Part shown: piece after piece, positions 12,040-23,620 of the stretch
Layout of the letters: every line of letters starts with the position of its first letter
How positions within the stretch are numbered: position 1 is the first letter of the stretch
DNA from: Lama guanicoe
Taxonomy: Eukaryota
Direction of reading: 5' to 3'
DNA: 64,000 nucleotides
Assembly (NCBI GenBank): GCA_013239625.1
Contig: MU054843.1
Location: 5,313,184 to 5,377,183 of the forward strand
The notes under the pieces: model-generated
Databases searched by the model: none
Seen by the model: the letters and a program-made list of their open reading frames with translations, nothing else
What the model was told of the DNA's origin: nothing
Position numbers and translations under genes: made by a program

Positions 12040-12482
12040 GGTAGGGTCTCCATGGGAAACAAGGGACATGTCAAAGGGGGAAAATTGAGGAGAGTTTACT
12101 GAAGGGATGACTTACAAAAGATGTACTGGTTTAAAAGAAAACAGCAAGGAATGGTGAAGCACCCCCACAGTTAGCAATAGCAGAGAGCACTTACCACCCT
12201 AGGTCAGGGGCAGGTACAGTTACTGGACCTGGAAGACAGCACTGTAGCTATGAAGTAGGGCTGTCTGCCCCACAGGAGCTTGGCCTCAGCTGGAGGAGCA
12301 CAGGGTCTCCCTCCCAGAGGAGTCAGAGGAATAATGCCTCAGCCCTACTTTACTCTCTTCCTCCAGTCTCTCTGCCAGGGCATCACATTGGCTCTCTAAC
12401 TAGAAGCCAGAGAACTAAAGGAGCTTATTGATATGGTCCATAAACGTCCAGTAACAGAGCAGGGTGGATAGTGTATCTGGAC
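12040..12482 (-). mobile_element. ERVL LTR (LTR41-like)
   Basis: gaggagagtttactgaaggga...cagcaaggaatggtgaagcaccc...agagcagggtggatagtgtatctgga. Confidence 0.6.
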
Positions 12483-13339
12483 ACCCCTCCCGCCGTGTGT
12501 TCCTCCCGGGCTCTCGGTTTATGAGCAGTCCGTAAAGCACATGGATCAGCATGGAGAAGGATGGAGAGTGCATCTAGAGGGGGAAATGAAGGATATCTAG
12601 CAGTGTTATTCTCTACTGAGCTCAGAAAACTAGTGAGTTGTAATAGCCAAGTCTCTTGGTCTCTGCTGGGCTCTCTTACCAAACCTTTTGACAACAAGGC
12701 ATTTTTCTCCTTTTCAGTGTTATTACAGTACCAGGGTACCAACTTGCCTTTGGACTAATCTTCCCCTTTTCCATAATTCAATTCCCAAGGCAAAAATAGA
12801 GTAGGCATGTTTGCCACCGTCAACCTCATAAATCCACACACTAAGAACTATGTTAATCGACATCGGTATTTTAATTGTAAGGCCTCACTTACTTGATTTT
12901 TCTCTTATTTTTAGAGATAAGGTTGATTTAATATTGTTTTCATGTACTCAGGCTCCCCCTTAAACACATGTCCCTGGTATAAAGCTTCTAATCTCGACTT
13001 GCCAACTCCCTAAAAGCCCTTTGCCCTTGGGATTATCATATTATTACTATTGAGGACACATGGATACTAAGTGTTCCCATTAAATGTCATTTTAGGAGTG
13101 GGGCTGTGAGTTCAGGCCATTTGAGCAATGAAACACCTGGACACTGTGTGGAGAGCAAGGCTAAGTAATTGCTCTTTGTTCATAATCCATTAGAGCACTT
13201 ATCATGGTTGGTGTGATGCTTGATTGGCTGTCTGACTGGGAGTTCCTTGGAAACAGATATTCTGTATTACTTCTCTATTTTACCTCTGTTTCCTCCTATG
13301 GCTACCTAATGAATGTATTCTGACTTCCTAACAAACTGG

Positions 13340-13620
13340 CCAAATATCCCAATGAGTGTTTTTCTTTTAACAGGGTCACCTTTGGAGGCAATGTAACAGT
13401 TCCAACAATGTTGTCATTGCTAAAAGATCTTTGTGGCAACCTTTACTGGGCAGTCTTGATGGCAGGAAATATTTGTCTTTTGAGAATAGATTTTTAGGTT
13501 TATTTTATTATTTTCTTTGATGGTTACCAAGTCTTGCGAAAGAGTCATGCAGCTGAGGCCAGTTTGAGTCAAAAAAGAGTTAGGTTTATAACACAGTTAG
13601 ATTGATTTGCTTTGTGGCTG
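13340..13620. mobile_element. MARNA-like mariner relic
   Basis: gtcacctttggaggcaatgtaacagttccaacaatgttgtcattgctaaaa resembles the MARNA consensus. Confidence 0.5.
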
Positions 13621-13748
13621 AGATATCATTTCAGGCTTGGCTGCAGAGGACAGAATCTAGCTAATTCAAGCAAGAAGTAATTCAGCACAAGGTGTAAAAT
13701 GGAAGTTAGAGAACAAACTTCAGGTTGTGCCTTTAAAGAATGACTCCC

Positions 13749-14492
13749 CAAACCATCCTACACAGTCGGTGGGAATGTAAATTGGTACAGCTACTGTGGA
13801 AAACAGTGTGGAGATTCCTTAATAAACAAAAAATAGAGTTACCATATGCAATCCCACTCCTAGGCATATCTCTGGAGAAAACTCTAACTCAAAAAGATAC
13901 ACGCACCCCAATATTCACAGCAGCACTATTTACAATAGCCAAGATGTGGAAGCAACCTAAATATCCACTGACAGATGATTGGATAAAGAAGATGTAGTGT
14001 GTATATATATATATATACACACACACACACAATGAAATGCTACTCAGCAATAAAAAAGAATGAAAATTTGCCATTTGCAACAACATGGGTGGACTTAGAG
14101 ATTATCATACTAAATGAAGTTAAGTCAGACAGGGAAAGTCAGATATCATAGGATATCACTTATATGTGAAATCTAAAAAAAAATAATACAAATGAATTTA
14201 TTTACAAAACAGAAATAGACTCTTAGACATAGAAAACAAATCTATGGTTACCAAAGGGGAAAGGAGGGGGGAAGATAAATTAGGAGTTTGGGATTAGCAG
14301 ATACAAACTACTATACATAAAATAGATAAACAACAAGGTCCTACTGTGCTATACACAGCCTATAATAAAAACCTATAATAAAAAAGAATATGACAAAGAA
14401 TATACATATATGTATAACTGAATCACTATGCTGTACACCAGAAACTAATAAAACATTGTAAATAAACTGTACTTCAATTTAAAAAGAAAAAA
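13749..14492 (+). mobile_element. 5'-truncated young L1 (ORF2 C-terminus, 3' UTR, A-tail)
   Basis: ORF 13740-13997 gives the L1 ORF2 C-terminus ([17 protein letters not shown]...AALFTIAKMWKQPKYP); 14-bp TSD aaagaatgactccc at 13735-13748 and 14493-14506; TTT/AAA endonuclease site. Confidence 0.95.
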
Positions 14493-14914
14493 AAAGAATG
14501 ACTCCCAATGCCATACCCCAGAACAAGGCTTCCAAAGGAGCATCTGTCTACCATTAAGAATGGGAAAATGCTGGCTCCCAAACCACACCACCACTGCTGC
14601 CAGTGATATCCTGGAGGAGCCTTCCTGATCAGGAAGCTGCCCCTACAGTGGCAGGTGCCAGGATTCTGCCACACCTGCTATTATCAGTACCAGCAACTTG
14701 GGTGCTCCATGCCTTTGGCACCAAAATTCCATCTTTGCCTTTTGCAGAGGCAGAAAAACCAAATGCCTTTATGACCCAGCTTGCCAACAGGAAGGCCAGA
14801 AGTGAGGACTCCACCAGACTCCTGCCATCTTTATCTTTTGTGTGTGTACCTCAGGCTGAACCTAAACTGGAATGGGAAAACGCTAGATTTACAGAGCCTA
14901 CAATACACCAAGGT

Positions 14915-15330
14915 TCTAGAACAGAGCTCCTCAGAGTGTGGGCCTCCAACAGCCTGTATCAGAATCTCTTGGAGAATTTGTTAAAGTGCAGATTCCCTGT
15001 CCCCATGCCAGCTCTCTGAGGTTAAGGCCCAGGAATCTGCATTGTAAGTACACCTCTCTGTTTTTACATTTGTCACCAAAGTTTCAAAGTGTGGCTCATC
15101 ATCCACTAATGGATGGTGAAATCAGTTTACTGGGCTGATTAGCATTTTTTTAAAAAGAAATAGAGTATAATAAAATAGAAGCTATCTGAATGTATCACAT
15201 GTAGTAAAGGTAAAGTGTTATTTCATAAAACTTTTGTTTTAGTTAGGTAGGTATAGATACGAACTGGATCACAAGGACAAGCGTATTTCTTGTCATGCCA
15301 CATAATCAACAAACTCTGAAAAACTCTTCT
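14915..15330. mobile_element. MER5A-like element followed by a second hAT-Charlie relic
   Basis: atcagaatc...tgttaaagtgcagatt...ggcccaggaatctgcatt is the MER5A signature. Confidence 0.65.
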
Positions 15331-15889
15331 CCAGAAGGAGGTGGAACAGCTGTTGGGTGCTAACTCTTCCAGTCACCACTGCCAGTAAACAAACTGCAGG
15401 AAGTTTGAGACATAAGTTTCAAAAATGTTCTGTGCAACCACAGATTGTTATTATATGTTTTTAGTCTTTCAAGGGGCCACTGTGAAGAGTACAATTAGAG
15501 AAGAAATGGCCATGTGTTAAACGTCTACTGTAGGCCAGACAGTCTGCCCAAGTAAGTTCTGTATTTTCTTGGGTGAGCCTCGTAACCACCAGGTCACAGA
15601 TAGGAAACGTGGCTCAGAAGTTCAGTAACTTCCCCAGAGTCCCCTAGGTGGGACATGATGGAGCTAAGTGTAGAGGACATAGTAGTCACAGACACAGTTC
15701 CTGACCCTCTGGAGTGGGAAAGAGACACTCTGCTAGAAGAACACTATCGATATTTATTGGAAGAAAGAAATGAGCTCTTCTCGAGAAATGGGGTGTCTGG
15801 TTTCTTACTAGTGAAGGGACACCATCTTTATTCCCGCATCTGTTCTGACCAAGTATTTCTCTTCTGTTGTTGTTCTTGAGATTGTTTCA

Positions 15890-16920
15890 TAGCAATTTTA
15901 ATTATTTCAGATTATCAAAGTGATATAATTTATTAAAAAAAAACTTGGAAAATAAGAAAAAAGTGTAAGGAGGAATATAAAAATCTTAATAATCCCACTC
16001 TTAAAGCTAAGCATTTCCACACACAAATTTAGACACATAAACACAGATTGGGACTATACTTTTATATTAATATATGCATATATATGTATATATGGTATCC
16101 TAATTTTATTTAATGACATTTACATGTACAACTAAATACTCATGAAAAACATATGTTTTAAACAATTTCCCAGAATTCAATTTAACAAATATGTTGTTAT
16201 TCATTTAAAAGAAGTCCTGCTTTTAGACACTTAGGTTAATTTGAATTTTCAACTATTAAATAGTGCTGGGGTCAAAATTCTTAATCATGAATCTTGGTGT
16301 GACCTTTGATCTTCTTAATACTAAATTGCTAGACATAGAATCACTGGTCCTGAGTTAAGAAACCTTAATGCCAGTTTCCCCTCAGAAAAGATGTGTCTGT
16401 TTGTGTCATCAGCAGATGTGAAGCTGCCTCTTCCCCAAAAGCAGGGTCACTGAAATCCTGCAATCATGACAATTTGGGGTTGGTTCTCTACAGCAGGTTC
16501 CCGGGAGTCATTTCATTACCCTCATGATGTGACCTTTGCATTTTACACGATTAGTTTTTTGGGGCCCACTTATGGCATTACAGTGGGATTTTACTATAGC
16601 AAGATACTTCTAATCTAAGCCAATCAAGTAGGGGAAAATGGGCAAGTTGTTTCATTTGTTTATCTTTGAATACTAGTGAGGCTGAGCTTTCTTTCACAGA
16701 TATTTTGGCTAAGGTCTATCCTTTCCCAAATTGCTTACATTCTCCTTTGCTCATTTTTTTTCCTATCAGAGTATTCATAGTTTTCTTATGATTTTTTAGG
16801 GGAAGAGAAAGGAATGGCGACTTTATTCAGAAAGCCAACAGACCAAGAAGACGGTAGACTAGTGTCCCAAAGAAATATCTTATGATTTTTAATAATTCTT
16901 TTAACACTAAAGGCTAATGT
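15890..16920 (-). mobile_element. Old L1ME 3' region, antisense
   Basis: Typical phrases (agacacttaggtt, tactagtgaggctgagc). Confidence 0.6.
16797..16877 (-). mobile_element. 81-bp retroposed LTR-derived fragment with 13-bp TSD
   Basis: tcttatgattttt at 16784-16796 and 16878-16890. Insert on the minus strand reads ttctttgggacactagtctaccgtcttcttggtctgttggctttctgAATAAAgtcgccattcct, which is ERV1 LTR R-region-like. Confidence 0.7.
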
Positions 16921-17763
16921 TATGTAAGCATTTGTGTGCTAAGATACTTTTAGGAGCTTTACAATGTTTTTGCTTTTAATCCTCACACCAAACCTGTGAG
17001 GTAAATATTATTATGTATTTTGCAAATGTGAAAATTAAGACTTGGAGAGATAAAGTGACTTGTTTACGGTCACACAGTTAGAAAGGAGCAGATCTGGAAT
17101 CTAATCTCAGGGCATCCAATTCCCAAATATCATTAGTTTACCACATTAATCATGTTGCTAACATTACCCCTAGTTCAATACCTTTTCATTTGTTTGGGTT
17201 GGTTTGGGATGGGAAAAAATACTGGTTAAGAATTCATTTAATAAAGGAGTTTCTGTATCCATTTTGTGCTTTTCTGGAAAGAGAAGTGCATTTCTAACAA
17301 ATAGAAGTGCTTTCTGTGGAAAGTCCATCAGGGTCTAATGCTTGGAAAATTAGAGCTGGCGCCCAGACCAGGTGGTGAGAGTTACCTGGCTGACAGCAGC
17401 ATACTCTCCCCTTTGGAGCCAACCTGAACCTCTAGAGGCGTGGGCATCCCTAGTCACAGGATTAAGAAAGTGTACCATTCTCCAATTGCTAGTGAGTATT
17501 CTATGTCCGATAACCTCTGACCCCTACATGCATGCCCACAGGTAGAATTGTTCTCTCTGAAGGAGTTATGGGGAAGAGTTCAACTAAGATGTGCAGTGTT
17601 ATAGCCTACTTCTATTTCTCCTCTATTTTCCCTCTCTCTCTCTCTTCCTTTCTCCCACACACATTTATTGAACATCTTTTATGTGCCAGGCAGTGGATAA
17701 ACAGTGGTAGATAGAACAGACATCTTCCCTGCCTTCATGGAGCTTTCCTGTCATCTGTGCTTC

Positions 17764-18230
17764 TGTAGCAGCCACCATCTGTCCCTTCCCCACGCCCCCT
17801 CACCCTGACCAGTGAAGCACACATCTGTCCAATTTCTAGCACCTGCATTTCTTTGCCTGAGGGTTTTCTGTGGTCTACAGAGCTTACTTTGTCACCTATA
17901 TGGCAAGTTGGAAGTGTTGGGGAATTAATGCCCCCTCACCATCCCCCAGCATTCTTCAATTAATGGCTGGAAAACCTAATTACTCCAGCTTCCTTAACCC
18001 TGTGGGGAGAGAACTCCAAGGTGCAGGTTATACACTGGATCCCAGAATTCCCCAACAGGATTCAGCTCTAGTTACCTACAGTGGCAACTTGTTTAATAAT
18101 AAACTCTTCATTTGTTCTTTTTCCTTCCCTGTCTTATTTCCCCATTCCCTTACCAAAGTTTCCTGGGATTAACCTCAAAATAAACTACCTGAAATTGAGT
18201 TTTATCTGGCTTGGAGGGAACTCATTTCCT
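17764..18230 (+). mobile_element. ERVL LTR (LTR16-like)
   Basis: tgtagcagcc...tgcctgagggtttt...ttccctgtcttatttcccca...aaataaactacctg. Confidence 0.7.
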
Positions 18231-18867
18231 GAATAGCCTTGCACTTGCTTATGTCTGCATAAGAGGTAGCACAGAATGGTGGGGAAAGCACAGATTTTGC
18301 AGCAGACAGACCTGGGTTTGAATCTTGGCTCTGCTGTAGACTGACCTGTGACCTTGGATATATTTACAGAAGGGGGAGACTGGTCTTTAGGAGGCTGATG
18401 TTGACAATGGCACACAGTTGGCCCTCAAGTTGAATTTTGTCTTTCCAAATACTAGTATCTTTATTCCAGCTATTTGCTCTGGCAGGAATGTTCTTTCCCC
18501 ACCATCTTTGCCTGTGGAAACCTTGCATTTACCTCTAAGTACACCTCAGCCACTAGGTTCTCTGAATATGTAAGAAAAAATGAGGTCTTTTGCTCCTTAA
18601 TTCCTGTAGTGTGTGTTACTAGGAGCACTTAGCTAACCTGCTTTGTAATGCTTTGTCCACATCTTTCCTCCCTTACTCATTGTAAACTGACAGTGAGCAG
18701 AAGCCACATCTGGATCTAGGACAAGGCATCTGGTAGGACTTCCCTTAGCCCTCTGGTTGGTGGAGCCATGATGACCAGATTACATGCTGGGAAACAAACC
18801 CTAGATCCCATGACACAGATTATGATACCAATATAACTTTGTTTTCATTCCTGATTGTAAACACCCT

Positions 18868-18952
18868 GTGTCAGTCCATTTGGACTGCTGTAACAAAAAT
18901 ACCATAAACTAGGTGGTTTATAAACCACAAACATTCATTACTCACAGTTCTG
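18868..18952 (-). mobile_element. MaLR MLT1A-like LTR end running into an assembly gap (N 18953-19258)
   Basis: gtcagtccatttggactgctgtaacaaaaataccataaactaggtggtttataaac. Confidence 0.75.
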
Positions 18953-19649
18953 NNNNNNNNNNNNNNNNNNNNNNNNNNNNNNNNNNNNNNNNNNNNNNNN
19001 NNNNNNNNNNNNNNNNNNNNNNNNNNNNNNNNNNNNNNNNNNNNNNNNNNNNNNNNNNNNNNNNNNNNNNNNNNNNNNNNNNNNNNNNNNNNNNNNNNNN
19101 NNNNNNNNNNNNNNNNNNNNNNNNNNNNNNNNNNNNNNNNNNNNNNNNNNNNNNNNNNNNNNNNNNNNNNNNNNNNNNNNNNNNNNNNNNNNNNNNNNNN
19201 NNNNNNNNNNNNNNNNNNNNNNNNNNNNNNNNNNNNNNNNNNNNNNNNNNNNNNNNNNAAGGAAAAGAAAAATAGATTGGCATTTTCTTTCTCAGGATCT
19301 TGGGATCTGGGGTAATAGGGAGTCAATCATAGGGCAGTTTCTGCCAGTGAGCTGTTCCCTCTACTCAAAGTCCTTTGTGTTCTTCCCCCTGCCCCCTTCC
19401 TTGTGGGACCCTCCTGGAAGGTGAATGTCCTGAATGCTTTATTCATGGCCACGGCGCCTCTTTGAGGAGGCTTCTCGGAGAAACAAAGGGCTCATGGTGG
19501 GTTGCTGCTGCTGCCCAGAATTTGTTGGGGAAGCTTCCGTAGGATCCCCCAGACCCCCTGTGGGTGACCACCCCTTTGATGCCACCTGCCTACCAGCCAT
19601 ATCGGCAGAGAGGGGCCAGAACACAATGCAAGATCACATTGCATCTACT

Positions 19650-21800
19650 TTTTGTTTTTGTTGTTGTTTAGTATTTATTTTATGGAAGTTGTACATGCAT
19701 GTAATATTAAATAGTCTAAAGGATTTATTACCAAAACCAAGAGTCCTTTTCCATGCCTAGCCCATTCTAGCTCCCCAGTAGCAACCACATGCAACAATTT
19801 TAACACTTTCTTTTCATATTTACCTTTGTATCTCTGTACATGCTTATATTTTTACTTCTCCATTTTCTGTAAGGACTAAACTGAAAAAAAAAAAAAGAAA
19901 TCAAGATTTAACTTTTTTTTTCACAGCACCACCACACCTCCCAGAAGCTCACTTCCTAGCCCCTTATTCTCTTAAAATAGTTATATCTAATGTTGAATAT
20001 ATCAATAATTAGTGTCTACACAATTACAACTATGTGAATACTGTTGTTCCTCACTGAACCAGATTGTAGACTCTTATTTTTCCTGTCTTGCACATTTATT
20101 TTTTTGTTTTCCTAGAAGTTAGTGATCGTTTTGTGTTATCATTTGCTTAGCTTTATATATAATCATTAATTTAGCTTCAGATATTCCCCCAATAGTTTAA
20201 ATGTTCTCAGTATTTTCAAATATATTAGATATCTTATCAATTTCAACTTCTTGAAGACATATTTCCTAGATAGAACATTCTGGCACGTTCTGTGCTGGCC
20301 TGGTTGCTCTCTTACCCCTAGTACGTAATTGTTACCTTGAGAATCTCTCTTCACCATAAGCCCAGAAATTCCTTCTGCTCTCTTTTGAGACTTTACAAAT
20401 TTGAAAATATTTTTATTCTGCCTTTACACTAAATTGACAGTTTGGTTGAACAAGAGATCTCTCACAATTTTAAAGGGAATTTCTATTGTCTTTTAACTTC
20501 CACTGAGGATATTTAGAGATATAAAGCAATTATAATAGTTGATGCTTTATGTGAGAACGGTTTTGTTCTTCTGGAAACTGATGAGCCTTTTTGTTGTTGT
20601 TTCTCCCCCCAGTGTTCTGAAATTTAAGAATGATGTGCTTTGGTATGTGGATCTGCTTTTGGTCACTGAACTTTGTATTCAGTGGACCTTTCAATTTATA
20701 AACTCATGTCCAAATTTACTGTAATTATTATTTGTTCTTAATTTTTTTCCCTCAATTTTTTCCATTCTCTTTCATAACTCTTAATATTGAGATGTTGGAG
20801 CTTCTGGATGGATTCTTTAGTTTTCTTATCTTTCTTTCCTGTTTTCCTCTTCTAATGAATTTCACATTTCTACCATCACAGTTTTAACTCCCCCAAACTA
20901 TTTCTTATTCTATGAGTATCCCATTTCTATAGCATCCTCTTCTTGTTTTATGGCTATAATAACTTTTCTTTTTACTCAGAGGATATTAAAGTTAGAAATC
21001 TTCTTGACTTTTTATAGTTTCCATTTTTTTCCAAGTTGCCTTTGTATTTTCCTATTTGTTCTTTGTCAAGAACTGTGAAGATTCGAAGATTTTACCCCAC
21101 TTGCAAGCTAGCAAGTCAGCCTGCCACAGTAGCATGGGTGCTGTCAGAATTCATGACACTCCTGGATCAGACACAAAGGACTTTATTACTCATAGAAATA
21201 CCACAGCCAAGGTGTCAGCATTTACATCAGTTTCCTGAGCATAATTACTCACAGAGCAATACAAAGAAGCCTGGGTGATGCCTGCATATAGTAGGTTGTG
21301 TTTAGTAGAGGAACCTCAAGCTTGGGGAACACTAATCTTTTATAAAGCACAGTAAATCTTTCTGATTTTTGCTCCAGTATAAGATACTATATTGGGCAGC
21401 AAACAAACCTGCTCTTTGCCTCAGAGGGAGACACTGTATCTTTCAAGACTGTTTGCCATATAAATATCTTTGAAAAGATAGCCTGGAGCAAAAGCACAGT
21501 GCCTCTGCTTCAAAAACATGCAAAAATGTGAAAGACTCATAGAAAATTATCTCCCAACATTGTTTGTTCTCTGTTTTTCATATTGAACAGTTTCCTCAAG
21601 TGTCTATTGATCCTTCACTAAATGCTTATATTTAAGGACTGCCTTAATGGTGTAAGCTTAGCTGTCTGAGTTTTGAAAGCCCAGTGGAAGAAAGAAGGCT
21701 GTGGGGACAGTCCAATAGGAAAGCAAGTTTCAACATATAGGATTTAAGCTTCTAGCTAAGCCTCATTTTTTGGTATAATTTCTTTGCTTTCAACTATGCC
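19650..21800 (-). mobile_element. Old L1M fragment(s), antisense, interrupted by an LTR
   Basis: Long T-rich degenerate L1 sequence (ttgacagtttgg, tcagtggacctttcaat, agatgttggagcttctggatggattc). Confidence 0.65.
21064..21559 (-). mobile_element. Solo ERVL LTR (LTR47/MER76-like)
   Basis: Minus strand TGTTGGGAGATAATTTTCTATGAG...CAGTTCTTGACA; AATAAA present; near-matching 5-bp flanks ttctt/ttgtt. Confidence 0.75.
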
Positions 21801-21844
21801 TAGTGTCCCTCAGTCCAGAGGCCCTTTGTTTTATGCTCTGTAAG

Positions 21845-22075
21845 CTGCACTGTTCCATACAGTAGCCACTAGGCTATTACTGAGCATGTAAAATGTGGGT
21901 AGTCCAAGTTGAGGTGACCTGTAAGTGTAAAATACTCATCAATTTCAAAGACTTAGTAAAAAGAAGTGTAATATATCTCATTAATAATTTTTATACTGAT
22001 GTGCTAAAATTATATTTTGACTACATTGGGTTAAATAAAATATATTATTAAAATTATGTTTATATTTTTTATTTT
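21845..22075. mobile_element. MER33/MER3-like hAT MITE
   Basis: gtagccactag...gtaagtgtaaaatac...tttcaaagacttagta...tgggttaaataaaatatattattaaaatt. Confidence 0.75.
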
Positions 22076-22224
22076 ACTCTAAAAGAAAGAGGCAAATAGA
22101 AAATTCTTAAGTTCATGAGCTTCTTTAGCACTTTTTGGTGATATCTAGCACTTTCGGTGACACATACCTCTTCTAATCAGAGGAAGTCAATTTTCAGATA
22201 TATTTAAGTCTTCCTCTACAATTA

Positions 22225-22463
22225 TCCAGCAAGTCCTTGTTCTGTCATAGCATTTTTCTCTTTGACCATCCGTATGAAATGTTCTTTGATTTTAGGGATG
22301 CTGGTGATTTGATAGAGCTCACACAGATAATCTAGGTAATCTCTCACCAAGAGGTCTATAACCTTAATTACACGAACTCTATTTTCCAGGTAAGGTAGCA
22401 TATTCACAGGTTCTGGGGATTAGGGCATGGATGTCTTTAGGGGCCATTAGTCTGTCTACCACA
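22225..22463 (-). mobile_element. MLT1 (C/D-like) LTR part
   Basis: ggtaaggtagcatattcacaggttctggggattagggcatggatgtctttaggggccatta. Confidence 0.75.
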
Positions 22464-23139
22464 CTAGCATTGTGTCCATTCCACAAATGATGAAACTGAG
22501 GCACAGAGATATTAAACTCCACATTAAGTTTGTGCAGCTAATACGTGTTAGAGCTCAGTTTTGAACCCTAGCTGTTCAGAACCCAAGCCTGTGCTACATC
22601 AAGGCCTGGATGAATGGGAGTTAAGAACGAATCAGGAAAAAAAAAAAGAAGTTAAAAAGTGGCAGAGGCAAAAGTCACCTTTTGGCAGAGGCCTTAAGTA
22701 TATAAACTGCATTCCTATTGAAGGCTTATCTCTATTATTTTTAAAGACTTAGATAATGAGAACAGAAGAAACATTCTTTTGTTGTTGTTAAGTGGCTTAA
22801 CTCACGTAGGACCAGTTCATGATGACAAGCATATGGGCTCCAGGAAAACTGATCAGCTGTAGGTCTGTTTGAAATTGATAAAAAATTCCTGACCTAATTG
22901 AACTGGGGATAGAATGATAATGTCACTTTCCTGACTCATCAATTTGATGAAGCCTTTGTTTCAGAGCTGGGAAGAAACTAAGGAAGGATGTTTTGGATGT
23001 GATGGAAAGAAAACTGGACTGGGAGTCTGGACCTCTGGGTTCTCAACCTGCCATTGACTAGTTGTGTTATCACGAGCAAGCAGCTCCCTTCCACCTCCCT
23101 GAAGCCCAGCTTTCCATATGAAAATAAATATATGTTTAT

Positions 23140-23294
23140 ACATTTTAAAACTTTTCATTATGAACATTTTTAATCACATGTAGCAATAGGATAGTATGAT
23201 AAGCACTCATACATTCACCAACTATGTTTAATAGTTGGTAACATTTTTTCTGTATTTGTTTAACTATATATGTGTATACAGGTGTTTGTGTGTA

Positions 23295-23329
<35 letters not shown>

Positions 23330-23620
23330 TTAATTTAAAAAATTGTTTTTACTGAACCACTTAAAAGTAAGTTATAAATGTCATGACATTTCACCCCTAA
23401 ATATTTTAGCGTTCATCACCTAAGATTGAGGACATAACCCAACATAACCATAGTATCATTACCATACCTATGGAAATTAATAATCCTTTTAAGATTATCT
23501 AATATCCAATTCATATTCAGATTTTCCCATTGTCCCTGAAATGTTCTTATAGATAATTTTTTAAAACCAGGATTCAACCAAAGTTCATGTTAGTAGGTCT
23601 CCTTTGATTTATAACGGGCT
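23140..23620 (-). mobile_element. L1ME 3' end containing a (TG)n(TA)n microsatellite (~23282-23328)
   Basis: aaccacttaaaagtaagtt...catgacatttcacccctaaata...cataaccatagta. Confidence 0.65.

Noticed and set aside
18871-19326. ORFs spanning N-runs (also at 36.4, 37.8 and 62.8 kb)
   Set aside because: Artefacts of assembly gaps
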